This document shows positions 39,432 through 48,708 of a stretch of 64,000 bases of DNA, piece after piece. The translations under genes were made by a program, and so were the position numbers. This DNA comes from Alphaproteobacteria bacterium UBA2903 (lineage in GTDB: Bacteria; Pseudomonadota; Alphaproteobacteria; CAAGCB01; CAG-977): contig DEDN01000035.1 in assembly GCA_002349565.1 (NCBI GenBank), forward strand, positions 74,812 to 138,811. The letters are read 5' to 3'. The notes under the pieces are model-generated. The model had not been told where the DNA came from, did not search any database, and worked only from the letters and a program-made list of their open reading frames with translations. Numbering within the stretch: position 1 is the stretch's first letter; every line of letters starts with the position of its first letter.

Positions 39432-40514
39432 TTAAAGTTTTTCCATAAAAGTAAGCTGTTCATTATTATTAGATTTCTTTTCGGTTGATTTTCTTTTTTT
39501 TGTTGAATTCTTTTTTTTCTTCTCTGAATTTTCATTTTCTTTTGATATAGGAGCTGCTATATCTTTTCCAAACAACTGACCGTAGAATTCAGCATAAACG
39601 TCTTTAATGTAATCAAATTGTTCATTCAGAAGAATATCCGTAAAATCCCGTGTCAGATTTGCAAAGCCGGTCAAAAGACCGAACAACGAAAAAGCAATAC
39701 GATAATCTGACATTTTTTGACTTTGCATAAAGTGGAGCAATTTTTCCCAATCGTCTCCCTTTATCAAGACGGCCGCAACTGAAGACAAAAGACCGTTATC
39801 CCATTTCTGGTTGAATTCATCACCTCTGAGATGTCTGCGGAGGCTATTTAAAAACTCACGCGCGTGGGAATTTTCCCATTCTTCGTTGTAAACTTGTTTT
39901 GCCTCTTTTGTTATATCATCGGCCAGATCCGTTTTCTTTTCGTTGATTTTAAAAAACGGTTCGGATTTGCTTAAAATCAGCTGATAAACAGACTTATATA
40001 GTTGCTTTTCTTTTTCAGTTTCAAAAAGTTTTTCTTCTGTCTTTTCAAGTTTATCGTTTATAAAGACAATCTCGCTATCACGCGTATTTAAGAGTTTACG
40101 TTCTGATGAAATTTTATCATTAACGGATTTTATTTCGTTCTGAACCCACCGAAGTGCAGAACAATCATAAGAAACGCCCGATTGAATTTCAGAAAGCACA
40201 TCGTCCAAAAGAACAATGTTTTTTAGCTTATTATGCTTTCTAAGTCCTTTGATTATCTTTTCAATTTGATCATCGTTAAATTCGCCCGATAATTCGGAAT
40301 ACCACGGCTCCATTTGCCGTAAAGAAATGAAGGATGTTTTTAAGTCAGATAATTGAGTCCCCGTTATATTTCTATCGGGCGTTGATACTATGGAAGAAAA
40401 TATATTGTAAATATTTTCTAACAAAGATTTTTTTGGGACGTTTCCAACGATGTTGAAAGTATGGCTCCTATATAATAACCGTAAAGCATTCCTTTTATTT
40501 TGTTTATCCGACAA
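39432..40514 (-). CDS. Hypothetical protein (360 aa), operon member
   Basis: The AT-rich ORF has no recognised domain. Its N-terminus overlaps the upstream ORF by 97 nt in another frame. Confidence 0.5.
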   Translation of the reverse strand: MSDKQNKRNALRLLYRSHTFNIVGNVPKKSLLENIYNIFSSIVSTPDRNITGTQLSDLKTSFISLRQMEPWYSELSGEFNDDQIEKIIKGLRKHNKLKNIVLLDDVLSEIQSGVSYDCSALRWVQNEIKSVNDKISSERKLLNTRDSEIVFINDKLEKTEEKLFETEKEKQLYKSVYQLILSKSEPFFKINEKKTDLADDITKEAKQVYNEEWENSHAREFLNSLRRHLRGDEFNQKWDNGLLSSVAAVLIKGDDWEKLLHFMQSQKMSDYRIAFSLFGLLTGFANLTRDFTDILLNEQFDYIKDVYAEFYGQLFGKDIAAPISKENENSEKKKKNSTKKRKSTEKKSNNNEQLTFMEKL

Positions 40515-41059
40515 TCTTTTGAAACGTCCTCCTCCGAAAGGTTTTTATTCGGATCTTTTTGTAAAGGTTTGTATGTATTTTCCTTATATGTTTCGACCAC
40601 CAGATTCTCCTGATATAGTCGCAACATTTTTGTTTCCAAGCTGGAATCCGAAAGAGATAAGGTTGTTCGTTTGTCTTCTTCCGAGAAAAAAATAAACCGT
40701 GTATTTTCAGGGGTGAGATAGATAGTTTTTTTTGAAATATAGACTCCTTTTTTAACCTTTTGAAAATTTTCATCAGAACAAATTTCAATAAGGAGCGGAT
40801 GATCCTCAACCTCATCATTGTTACGCGTAAAAGAAAAAGGCCCCTCATACAAAACGATGGAATTCTCCAAGGCGTTTTCATTTGTTTTCTGCCATCTGGA
40901 ATATCCGTATCCTCTTTTCTGATAAAACATATAAGGGGAAACAGACTCGGTTGATAAGATATTGTTAAAATTGAGTGTTGATGTCGGAATGTAATAATTT
41001 TTCATCTTATAAATCCTCAATTTCTTCAACTTCGGTTGTTGTATATAGGGTTCTGTCAA
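40418..41059 (-). CDS. Hypothetical protein (about 195-213 aa), operon member
   Basis: The AT-rich ORF has no recognised domain. It overlaps the helicase by 53 nt and the downstream ORF by 97 nt. Confidence 0.45.
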   Translation of the reverse strand: MTEPYIQQPKLKKLRIYKMKNYYIPTSTLNFNNILSTESVSPYMFYQKRGYGYSRWQKTNENALENSIVLYEGPFSFTRNNDEVEDHPLLIEICSDENFQKVKKGVYISKKTIYLTPENTRFIFFSEEDKRTTLSLSDSSLETKMLRLYQENLVVETYKENTYKPLQKDPNKNLSEEDVSKDCRINKIKGMLYGYYIGAILSTSLETSQKNLC

Positions 41060-42068
41060 GTTCCGAAAACAGTTGCGGAAGATTCCCGCTATACATCATA
41101 TATAAATCCCGATAAGTTCTTGTCATCGCAACATACAGAGCCTTCCGTTGAGACATATCCGCACTTTCCAAAAAAGGAATAAAGACCGTTTCAAACTGAA
41201 GACCTTTTGCACTATGGTATGTAAGAAGCTTCGGGTTTGTTGAATTGAAGTTAAGATTATCTGCGCTATTTCTATCAACTTTATAACGCGCCTCATAGTT
41301 TCCGCCCTTTTCTTTCAGTTTTTCGTAAACCAATTTAACATCCGTATTTCGAGGAAGTAAGATGGCAACATCATTTAAATTTCTGTTTTTTATAATCCTA
41401 TGTATCGCATCAATTTGCTCGTCTTTATTTTCGTATTGAATAATACGGGGAAGTTCTTTTTCCGAGCTTTTATAAACGGCATCATCATAAGATGTATCAA
41501 TTCCTATTTGGCACGCTATTTTCGCAACCGGACTTGGCAATCTGTAATTATTATATAAAGGGAAAGGCTTAGGCCTGATTTTTTCCGAAATAAAAGACGG
41601 GATATTTTCTACCGGAACCATTTTTCTGTTTTCCATTCCGTCATAAATTGATTGAGCCGTATCTCCGAAAAAGAAAAAATTTTTCTTTGACGAATTTATA
41701 AATCTTTTAATTTCATCTTCAGTAAAATCCTGAATTTCATCAACAATGATATAATCTGCCGAAGCGCAGTTTTCTTTGTTTTCCCATTCCCAATAATATG
41801 AAAACTCATTTTTTAAGCCAAGAGCTTCGCGACCGGCATTCATATAGCTGCATAATGCCTTTGTAAAAACAATCACTTTGTAATTATTTCCACGTTCTTT
41901 CTGAATTCGTTGAGCTTTAATCAGGGCAAGAACGGATTTTCCGCTTCCGGCACACCCTTGGACAATGCATGATTTATCCAAAGTCGCCGTTAAAACTCTA
42001 ATCTGAGCATCATCAAGTTCAGATTCTTTAATCATCCAGTCTTTTTTCATCGTTTGAAAATCCTCCAA
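41007..42068 (-). CDS. Compact SF1 UvrD-like helicase (AAA_19 + UvrD_C_2 type)
   Basis: A Walker A motif (GCAGSGKS), a Walker B/DExx motif (IIVDEIQD) and a C-terminal motif (TYHSAKGLQFETVFIP) are present. The protein is only 353 aa. Confidence 0.7.
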   Translation of the reverse strand: MEDFQTMKKDWMIKESELDDAQIRVLTATLDKSCIVQGCAGSGKSVLALIKAQRIQKERGNNYKVIVFTKALCSYMNAGREALGLKNEFSYYWEWENKENCASADYIIVDEIQDFTEDEIKRFINSSKKNFFFFGDTAQSIYDGMENRKMVPVENIPSFISEKIRPKPFPLYNNYRLPSPVAKIACQIGIDTSYDDAVYKSSEKELPRIIQYENKDEQIDAIHRIIKNRNLNDVAILLPRNTDVKLVYEKLKEKGGNYEARYKVDRNSADNLNFNSTNPKLLTYHSAKGLQFETVFIPFLESADMSQRKALYVAMTRTYRDLYMMYSGNLPQLFSELDRTLYTTTEVEEIEDL

Positions 42069-42916
42069 GCCACTTTGCTACAATCTTTTTCCTTTTGTGA
42101 ATGTGATACGCAAATAGTTTCACGTCTGTCGCTGTTTCTCCCCATAAGTTCTAAAGACACATGATCGTTAATGTCATCCATCATGGCGTAAATCCATTTA
42201 TCAGAAACGGTATTATGCGATGTAATATCTTCAACGCATATTATTCCTTTGTCGTCAATTTTTGAGGAGAAGCTATTTATAAAGAAAACATATGGATTAT
42301 CACTTCCGAATTGTTTTTTTGTAACGAATTCATTTAACGACTTAAAAGAAACAAAAATGTCAAAAAATTGTTTTATTTCTGACGACATTATATTCATATC
42401 GTATAAATCACTTATTTCGTAAAAGAACGGTTTTAATTCTATGTTTAACAAGCACGTTATTTTAAATTGTGTTATTGTTTTTTCTAAAATCCTGAGAGCA
42501 TTTGCATTCCCATCTAAAGCTAGAATTTTTATTTTGTTCACGGAGGGGAGATTATCCATAACAGCCTGCAATAATCCGAAAACTTCCCCACCAGTTCCGC
42601 ATCCGAAGTCAAAAACAGATAATTTGTTTCTGCCCTCGTATATATGTTTGTTTGATTGAAAAAAGAGATTGAATATACGATAGGCTTCCGCATAACTCCG
42701 TGGAAAATATGTTCCCAGATATTTCAATAACTGGGATTCGTCATAATCCAATGCAACAAGGGGCTTGTATTCCGGGCAATAGGAAGCTTGCAGAGTTTTG
42801 AAAATATATTCATCCAGCCATTCCGGGAGTTTAACAATATTTACCATTTTTTTTTGCTTCCCTGATTGCCATGCTCCAACTATCGATTTTTGATTAGGAT
42901 TGATAATGCTTCCCAA
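42047..42916 (-). CDS. Class I SAM-dependent methyltransferase
   Basis: Motif I is VFDFGCGTGGEV. No clear DPPY/NPPY or C5-MTase motifs are seen, so the substrate is uncertain. This is the first gene of the operon and it overlaps the helicase by 22 nt. Confidence 0.6.
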   Translation of the reverse strand: MGSIINPNQKSIVGAWQSGKQKKMVNIVKLPEWLDEYIFKTLQASYCPEYKPLVALDYDESQLLKYLGTYFPRSYAEAYRIFNLFFQSNKHIYEGRNKLSVFDFGCGTGGEVFGLLQAVMDNLPSVNKIKILALDGNANALRILEKTITQFKITCLLNIELKPFFYEISDLYDMNIMSSEIKQFFDIFVSFKSLNEFVTKKQFGSDNPYVFFINSFSSKIDDKGIICVEDITSHNTVSDKWIYAMMDDINDHVSLELMGRNSDRRETICVSHSQKEKDCSKVAWRIFKR

Positions 42917-43034
42917 TCTAACCTTCGTTAGGTCAGGAAAAATCCAATCCGCAGAAATCGGCGGAATATTTAAAAGGTTGATATTGCCGGAAACGTTTAG
43001 TAAACTTCAGCCTAACGAACGTCAGATTGGGAAA
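42908..43034. repeat. Imperfect 26-bp inverted repeat pair (cttcccaatctaaccttcgttagg / rc ctttcccaatctgacgttcgttagg) flanking a ~66 bp spacer
   Basis: The repeat is read on both strands. One arm overlaps the MTase start codon and the other overlaps the stop codon of the serine recombinase. About 22 of 26 positions match. Confidence 0.6.
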
Positions 43035-43614
43035 GAAACCTGTAAACTGTGCTTTTGCCGACGCCGTGTTTTCTCGCCGTTTGAACGACCGAAAGCCCGT
43101 TTGACAAATCCCTTAGAATCCAGTCTTCTTTCCCGTCAAGAATGTGCTTTTTGTTGCGGCTTCCAGTCGATCGTCCGAGATGTTTTCCCTCGGCTTTCAA
43201 GCGACTCAACGCTTCTTTCATCCTTTGGGAAATCAGCGTCCGTTCGACTTGAGCGACCATAGAAAAAACAAACGCCAATAACTGCGATTGAATATCCTCT
43301 CCCAAGCGGTAGTTTTCTTTGACCGTCCAGACTTGCACCTGTTTCGTCATACAGACGTTCAAAATCGTCATCACGTCCAGAATGTTTCGCCCCAGCCGCG
43401 ACAGTTCCGAACAAACCACGATGTCGCCTTTTTTCAGCTTTTTAAGCGTCCGCCCGATTTTTCTTTTCGCGAAAACGACCGTTCCGCTGATCGTTTCGTT
43501 GATCCATACGTCAACGGGAAAATCCTTGCGCTCAAGGAAACGCTCTATTTCAAATCGCTGATTTTCCGTTGTCTGTTTGTCCGTGCTGACTCTGATATAT
43601 CCGTAAACCGTCAT
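43012..43614 (-). CDS. Serine recombinase (resolvase/invertase family)
   Basis: The N-terminus YGYIRVSTDKQ contains the catalytic Ser. A C-terminal HTH is present and the protein is 200 aa. Confidence 0.85.
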   Translation of the reverse strand: MTVYGYIRVSTDKQTTENQRFEIERFLERKDFPVDVWINETISGTVVFAKRKIGRTLKKLKKGDIVVCSELSRLGRNILDVMTILNVCMTKQVQVWTVKENYRLGEDIQSQLLAFVFSMVAQVERTLISQRMKEALSRLKAEGKHLGRSTGSRNKKHILDGKEDWILRDLSNGLSVVQTARKHGVGKSTVYRFLSQSDVR

Positions 43615-44354
43615 CGTTCGATACCTCTTTCTTTTGAATGTTCTGCGGGCTTGGGACGGTCGGCGGCGGCGCGGGATCGTTTCAGCTGTTCAAGCGTTTT
43701 GTGTTTGCGGGGAATGACGACTTGCGTCAAGGAAAAGTCCCTGTCCCGGAACCGCGTCGCCTGCAATTCAACGCCGAACCGTCTGGCGATTTCGGACTGG
43801 CGCAAGCGCATTTGCTCGATTTCCCGCCGGTTGAACTCCAACCGTTTCAAGCCGTTGTTCAGTTTCAAAATAAAGTGGATGTGTTTGTGCCGTTGATGAC
43901 GGTGCGCGGCGAACACATACGAATATCCGTTTTCGGCGAACGGTCGCATATATTCGGTCGCGAACGCTTCCAAATCCTCCGACGCCATACCGCACCCGTT
44001 CGGGAAAGACACGATAAAATGAATGGCGCACCGCCCGTTCTTGCGTCCGCTTTCCGGTTCTTCGGTCAGCCGTTCTTTGAACTCCTGCGCCGTCAGATGT
44101 GTTTCAGTTTCGTCCGTCAACGTCAGCTTTTCTTCCAAGCCTTTCGACTTTTCCGCGACGTATTCCGCCATAGCGCAAACCGTGCCGATGCTTTTGGCGT
44201 AACCGACTATCTTGAACACCGCTTCAAACGGACGGGAACGGGACAGGCTGATAAAGTGCTTTTGTAAAGGCTCGTAATGAAAGGGCAGTCCCGGACGCTC
44301 CCGCCGGATGCCGCGGATATGCTCGTCAAGCCAATCGTGTTTGCGTTTAACCAT
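43611..44354 (-). CDS. Mobilisation relaxase (MobA/VirD2-like relaxase domain)
   Basis: A histidine triad (AAHRHQRHKHIHFIL) is typical of the relaxase HxDxxHxHxH motif. The gene overlaps mobC and the resolvase. Confidence 0.6.
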   Translation of the reverse strand: MVKRKHDWLDEHIRGIRRERPGLPFHYEPLQKHFISLSRSRPFEAVFKIVGYAKSIGTVCAMAEYVAEKSKGLEEKLTLTDETETHLTAQEFKERLTEEPESGRKNGRCAIHFIVSFPNGCGMASEDLEAFATEYMRPFAENGYSYVFAAHRHQRHKHIHFILKLNNGLKRLEFNRREIEQMRLRQSEIARRFGVELQATRFRDRDFSLTQVVIPRKHKTLEQLKRSRAAADRPKPAEHSKERGIER

Positions 44355-44658
44355 AGTAATACCTCAACAGCCGGACAATCTTTTCCCGCAAAAGCGCAAG
44401 ACGTTCCAAGTGTTCTTTGATGTTTTCCGCTTCCGCTCCGCCGTTCAACGCGCGGGCGATCTGGTTCAGATTGACGCCGATCCGGCGCAGTTCCTCGCGG
44501 ATTTCCGTCAGCTTTTCGATTTCTTTCGTCCCCGGAGCGTTCGCTTTCGCCAATCCCGCCGCGATGAATCTGCGGGCGACGCCCGACGGGTTGTCAAACC
44601 TGTCGAGCATCGCTTTGTGTTCGGGTGGCAATCGTAAAGCGATCTTCACTTTCGCCAT
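44347..44658 (-). CDS. mobC: Mobilisation protein MobC (relaxosome accessory, RHH)
   Basis: The sequence MAKVKIALRLPPEHKAMLDRF...IGVNLNQIARALN is characteristic of MobC. The start is taken at ATG 44658 and the protein is 103 aa. Confidence 0.75.
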   Translation of the reverse strand: MAKVKIALRLPPEHKAMLDRFDNPSGVARRFIAAGLAKANAPGTKEIEKLTEIREELRRIGVNLNQIARALNGGAEAENIKEHLERLALLREKIVRLLRYYYG

Positions 44659-44663
44659 ACCGC

Positions 44664-44882
44664 TCACCCCCGTTCCGAAGTCGAATGAACGGGCGCGGAA
44701 AGCAGCTCCGCCACCCAAGCGTCCAAGTCCGCGACATCGTAAACGACTTGCGTTTTGCCGAACTTGCGGAACTTCGGACCGCCGCCGATCGTCGCGTATT
44801 TCGCCAACGTCGCCGACGTCCGGTTCAATCCCTTTTCCATCAGGTAAGAGGAAGCTTCCTTGCGTGTTAAATACGTTTTCAT
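44664..44882 (-). CDS. AlpA/Xis-family helix-turn-helix DNA-binding protein
   Basis: The 72-aa protein MKTYLTRKEASSYL...VVYDVADLDAWV has paralogs at 48709-48933 and 55968-56210. Confidence 0.6.
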   Translation of the reverse strand: MKTYLTRKEASSYLMEKGLNRTSATLAKYATIGGGPKFRKFGKTQVVYDVADLDAWVAELLSAPVHSTSERG

Positions 44883-45322
44883 AGTTTGGTGTCCTTTCGT
44901 AAAAATGACCGCCTTTTGACGGAACACTTCCAGAAAAGACCGATGCCGACCGCTTGGCAATTTTGCAAACGTGCAATTTCCGCCGTAAAAGCGCGAAAAC
45001 GGATTATATCTTATTGAAAATAAACGGGTTTAATTTGCAGGTTATCGGATTGAAAGGGACGGACTTTACCGGGTCGGGATAAAACCGGCAGGGCAAAGAG
45101 GCGTAAGGCGGGATTCCACGTGCGATTTTGTCCGACAAATCGCGTATACTGCAAAGGAAAGCCCCTCTGAAATATCAAAGACTTCCCCGCCGCCTAAATG
45201 TTTGAAAAACAGATATCCGACTTTTTTTGCAGGATAGCCTTTTTGTGGCACAAAAACGGCAAAAAAATTTCTTGTTTGAGAATGGCGGCGTTATCTTTTA
45301 TAAATAGGAAAAGGGGTGCTTT

Positions 45323-46259
45323 ATGGTTGAAAACGAACGCACGGAATACAAAGAAAAACTGACTGCCGCTTTGGAAAAGGAAGCGGTGGCGTTTCTGAAC
45401 GCGCACGGCGGAACGATCTATATCGGCATTGACAAGAACGGGAATCCCGTCGGCGTTGACAAGTGCGACGCGCTTCAACTGGAAATCAAAGACCGCCTGA
45501 TAACGGGGATTCGTCCGTCCGTTATGGGCTTGTTTGACATTGCCGGCGAACGTCTGAACGGATCGGGACGTTTTGACGGAAAATAAGAACTTCGGATATT
45601 GCTCTTTAATCAAGGCGACCGAACAGGTCTTGGACAAGTTTTTCGTTGAAAACAGGATTTACGCTCGCGTAACGGCAACCAAGCGCGAAGAACGCCCGAT
45701 GGTCGATCCGCAAGCATTAAGAGAAGCGGTCATTAACGCGATACTGCATAACGATTATTCATACAACAATCCGCCGAAGTTCGAAATGTTTTCGGACAGA
45801 ATAGAGATCACGTCAACGGGCGGCTTGCCGTGGGGAATGACGAAAGAAGACTTTTTCAACGGCAAGTCGTGTCCGCGCAATCCCGAATTGATGAGAATTT
45901 TTCAGGATATGGAACTGGTCGAGCGTCTTGGGTCGGGCGTGCGGCGGATTTTGAACGCTTACGCGCCGGACGTGTTCGAGATTTCGGACACTTTCTTCCG
46001 CGTAACGTTCCGCTATAACAAGCCGTTTGCCGAAGCGGACGATAAAGCCGGAGAGAAAAACAGGGAAAAAACTACCCAAAAAACTACCCAAAAAATCTTG
46101 GACGCAATCAGGAAGAATCCGCAGATCAGCCGTCAGGAACTGGCGGAAATCGTCGGTATTTCCGAAAGCGGCATTAAATGGCAGCTGAAAAAGATGAAAG
46201 ACGAAGGCATCATTGAGCGCGTCGGTTCTCTCAAAGGCGGCAAGTGGGTGGTAAAGTAA
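45323..46259 (+). pseudogene. AlbA_2 + HATPase_c_4 + HTH regulator, split by frameshift/deletion
   Basis: An N-terminal AlbA_2 (divergent AAA) fragment (45323-45586; FLNAHGGTIYIGIDKNG) is followed in another frame by the HATPase_c_4 and winged-HTH part (45573-46259). The full-length family is usually a single protein of about 400-480 aa. Confidence 0.6.
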
Positions 46260-46725
46260 GATTTCTATTCTTCCAGCTGAGTCAGTGCAATCCGTTTCAT
46301 TTCGTTTTTTTACAGTTTTCTTTTTTTCAACCAGATAAAGTGAATATCCGATAGCTTTCCAGTGTTTTCGACAATGGTTTCGATGCTGAACGAACGGCGA
46401 AAGGAGGAATAAAAGGCATTATTTTCGTTGCAACCTTAGATAAATCGGATAGGATAATTAATGGGATTCCTGAGCGATAAAAGGCCAACGGAATGAATTT
46501 GAGACTTTTTTTCTTTCACGGATTGATAAAAGAATTTCATCTGTCAAAAATACGGCGGATATTGGAAAGAACGGACATTGGTGATGAAGCGAAAATGCTG
46601 TTGGTCACAAACTCTTTGAATCGGTTGAAAGAAATTGATGAAGCCTACAATTTTGCTGATACTTTGGATAAATTGAATACGTTAATTAATGGACAAAATA
46701 AGCAATAATTTTTAGGGATTCCAAA

Positions 46726-47286
46726 ATGTTTTCTTATCCGATTATAATAGAACAACCAAAAGATTGGATTGATTATTTATCCGCTTTTGGCCCTATGATT
46801 GCCGCCTTTATTGCAATCGGTATAGCTGTTTGGCAGGGAATAATTCAAAATCGTCAGCATAATTTGGCTTTGTTCGAAAAAAGGTGGGCTTTTTGGGAAG
46901 AAACAAAAAAGCTTGGCTATAAAACACAAACATTTAAACATACTCCTGCTGACGAAATGGGCGATGGTTCAGATCCTGAAAAGAATTTTTGGATTGTTGG
47001 TCAGGAAATACAAAATCTGGCTAAAAAAGGCTGTGTTCTGTTTGGAAAAAAAATTGAAACGGAAATCAATGAAATTGCAGAAACTTTTAAAAAAAATCAT
47101 TTGCTTCAAGAAAGAATATTAGAAAAACTGAAATATAAAGATGACTATGAACGTGCAGGGAAATCTATAAGAGAAGAGCTTTCTATGGATTTTGATAATA
47201 AAAGGAAACTTGACTTACAGCACTCGCAAAAATGGAACGAATTAGCCCAGCATATTTTTGATAAGATACGGGAATTGGAAGTATGA
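46726..47286 (+). CDS. Hypothetical protein with one N-terminal TM segment (AT-rich)
   Basis: The 186-aa ORF has a hydrophobic stretch, PMIAAFIAIGIAVW, followed by a charged helical region. Confidence 0.4.
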   Translation: MFSYPIIIEQPKDWIDYLSAFGPMIAAFIAIGIAVWQGIIQNRQHNLALFEKRWAFWEETKKLGYKTQTFKHTPADEMGDGSDPEKNFWIVGQEIQNLAKKGCVLFGKKIETEINEIAETFKKNHLLQERILEKLKYKDDYERAGKSIREELSMDFDNKRKLDLQHSQKWNELAQHIFDKIRELEV

Positions 47287-47475
47287 TTCATTTCTGGTAT
47301 TGTTTTTTGAGAAACTGGAAGATTTTTTTGATGCTCTCTCTGCTCTGGTTGTTGCGGGATGGGCTGTTTTGCATACTTGGGGGAAAGAAAGGGAAGCCTT
47401 TCCATTATTTAGGAGTGCTACGGAGTTTTTTATAAGGGGTTTCAACGGGAAAAAGAGAAAAGGAGGCTGTTAAAA

Positions 47476-48564
47476 ATGTCGATAAAAGATCGTATGGTTG
47501 AACGGATGATGAAAAACTATCCTATCTTAAATAGAAAATATAGAGAGCTTCATTACGTCAACTTTTTGAAATATTTGGAAGATTTTTCAAAAAAAGAATT
47601 TAGTGAAAGTGGAAGAGAATATTATGCGAAATCTTTTCTATTTGATTGCTATATAGAGGCGGAAAAACGGTCTATACGTATAGAATCAGAAAACCGTAAA
47701 GAAGAAAAACGTAGAGAAGAAGAAATACGTAAAAAAGAAGCTGACGAGTTTGAAAAATATGTAATTTCTGAAATGGTAAAACATTATGCTGTTTTGAGAA
47801 CAAAGTTCAGTAGAGCGAAAGTGGTTGATGAATATGGAATTGAAACTTTTAATGAAGAACAGTTTGATGAAGATTTAAAGTATTTTGTTAGAAACGTTTT
47901 GAAAGAAAATAAAAATATGCCACAAGCGTTTTTCTTTCATTGCTTTGAACAAGCAAAAGAAGTTGCAGAAAAGGAATTTGATGAGTTCGAAAAATATGTA
48001 ATTTCTGAAATGGTAAAACATTATGCTGTTTTGAAAACGAAGTTTAATAGAGCAAATGTTGTTGATGAATATGGAATTGAAACTTTCAACGAAGAACAGT
48101 TTGATGAAGATTTAAAGTATTTTGTTAGAAAAGTTTTGAGAGAAAATAAGAATATGCCGCAAGAGTTTTTCTTCCGTTGCTTTGAAAAAGCAAAAGAAGT
48201 TGCGGAAATTGATTTTAATGTATCGAATATTCAAACAGGCGAAGATTATGAACGGTTTGTTCGTGAACTTTGCGTATCAGCCGGTTTTGAATGTGGAATG
48301 ACACCGAAAACGGGTGATCAGGGTGTTGATTTAATTGTCAGAAAAGACCGGACTCATATCGCGATACAGTGTAAATTCTATTCAAGTCTTATCGGAAATG
48401 CCGCAGTTCAGGAAGTCATCGCGGGACAGAAATTTTATAATTGCGATTATGCGTGCGTCGTTTCCAATCAAGATTATACCGATTCCGCGAGAAAACTGGC
48501 AAATGCGGCTGATGTTAAATTGTTATCACACGAAACATTGATTCCGTATCTGCAAAAACTGTGA
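47476..48564 (+). CDS. Mrr-like restriction endonuclease (C-terminal Mrr_cat domain) with duplicated N-terminal module
   Basis: The C-terminus, GDQGVDLIV...IAIQCKFYS...VGNAAVQEV, matches the Mrr catalytic D...QxK pattern. The N-terminal half contains two copies of an 80-aa unit. Confidence 0.6.
   Translation: MSIKDRMVERMMKNYPILNRKYRELHYVNFLKYLEDFSKKEFSESGREYYAKSFLFDCYIEAEKRSIRIESENRKEEKRREEEIRKKEADEFEKYVISEMVKHYAVLRTKFSRAKVVDEYGIETFNEEQFDEDLKYFVRNVLKENKNMPQAFFFHCFEQAKEVAEKEFDEFEKYVISEMVKHYAVLKTKFNRANVVDEYGIETFNEEQFDEDLKYFVRKVLRENKNMPQEFFFRCFEKAKEVAEIDFNVSNIQTGEDYERFVRELCVSAGFECGMTPKTGDQGVDLIVRKDRTHIAIQCKFYSSLIGNAAVQEVIAGQKFYNCDYACVVSNQDYTDSARKLANAADVKLLSHETLIPYLQKL
47746..48219 (+). repeat. 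Direct tandem duplication, 2 x 237 bp (~90% identical), inside the Mrr-like gene
   Basis: The unit EFEKYVISEMVKHYAVL(R/K)TKF...KEVAE is seen twice in both the DNA and the protein. Confidence 0.8.
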
Positions 48565-48708
48565 TTCTGCAAAAATATTTATGAATGGGGACTTAACTCA
48601 AATACTCTCCTGATTGGCGGATAAACCGTCATTCTGCCTATGCCTGTTATACTCCCCTGCCATATCGTCGTTTGATTGAAAAATAAAAAATTACTAAAAC
48701 AGGGCGGA

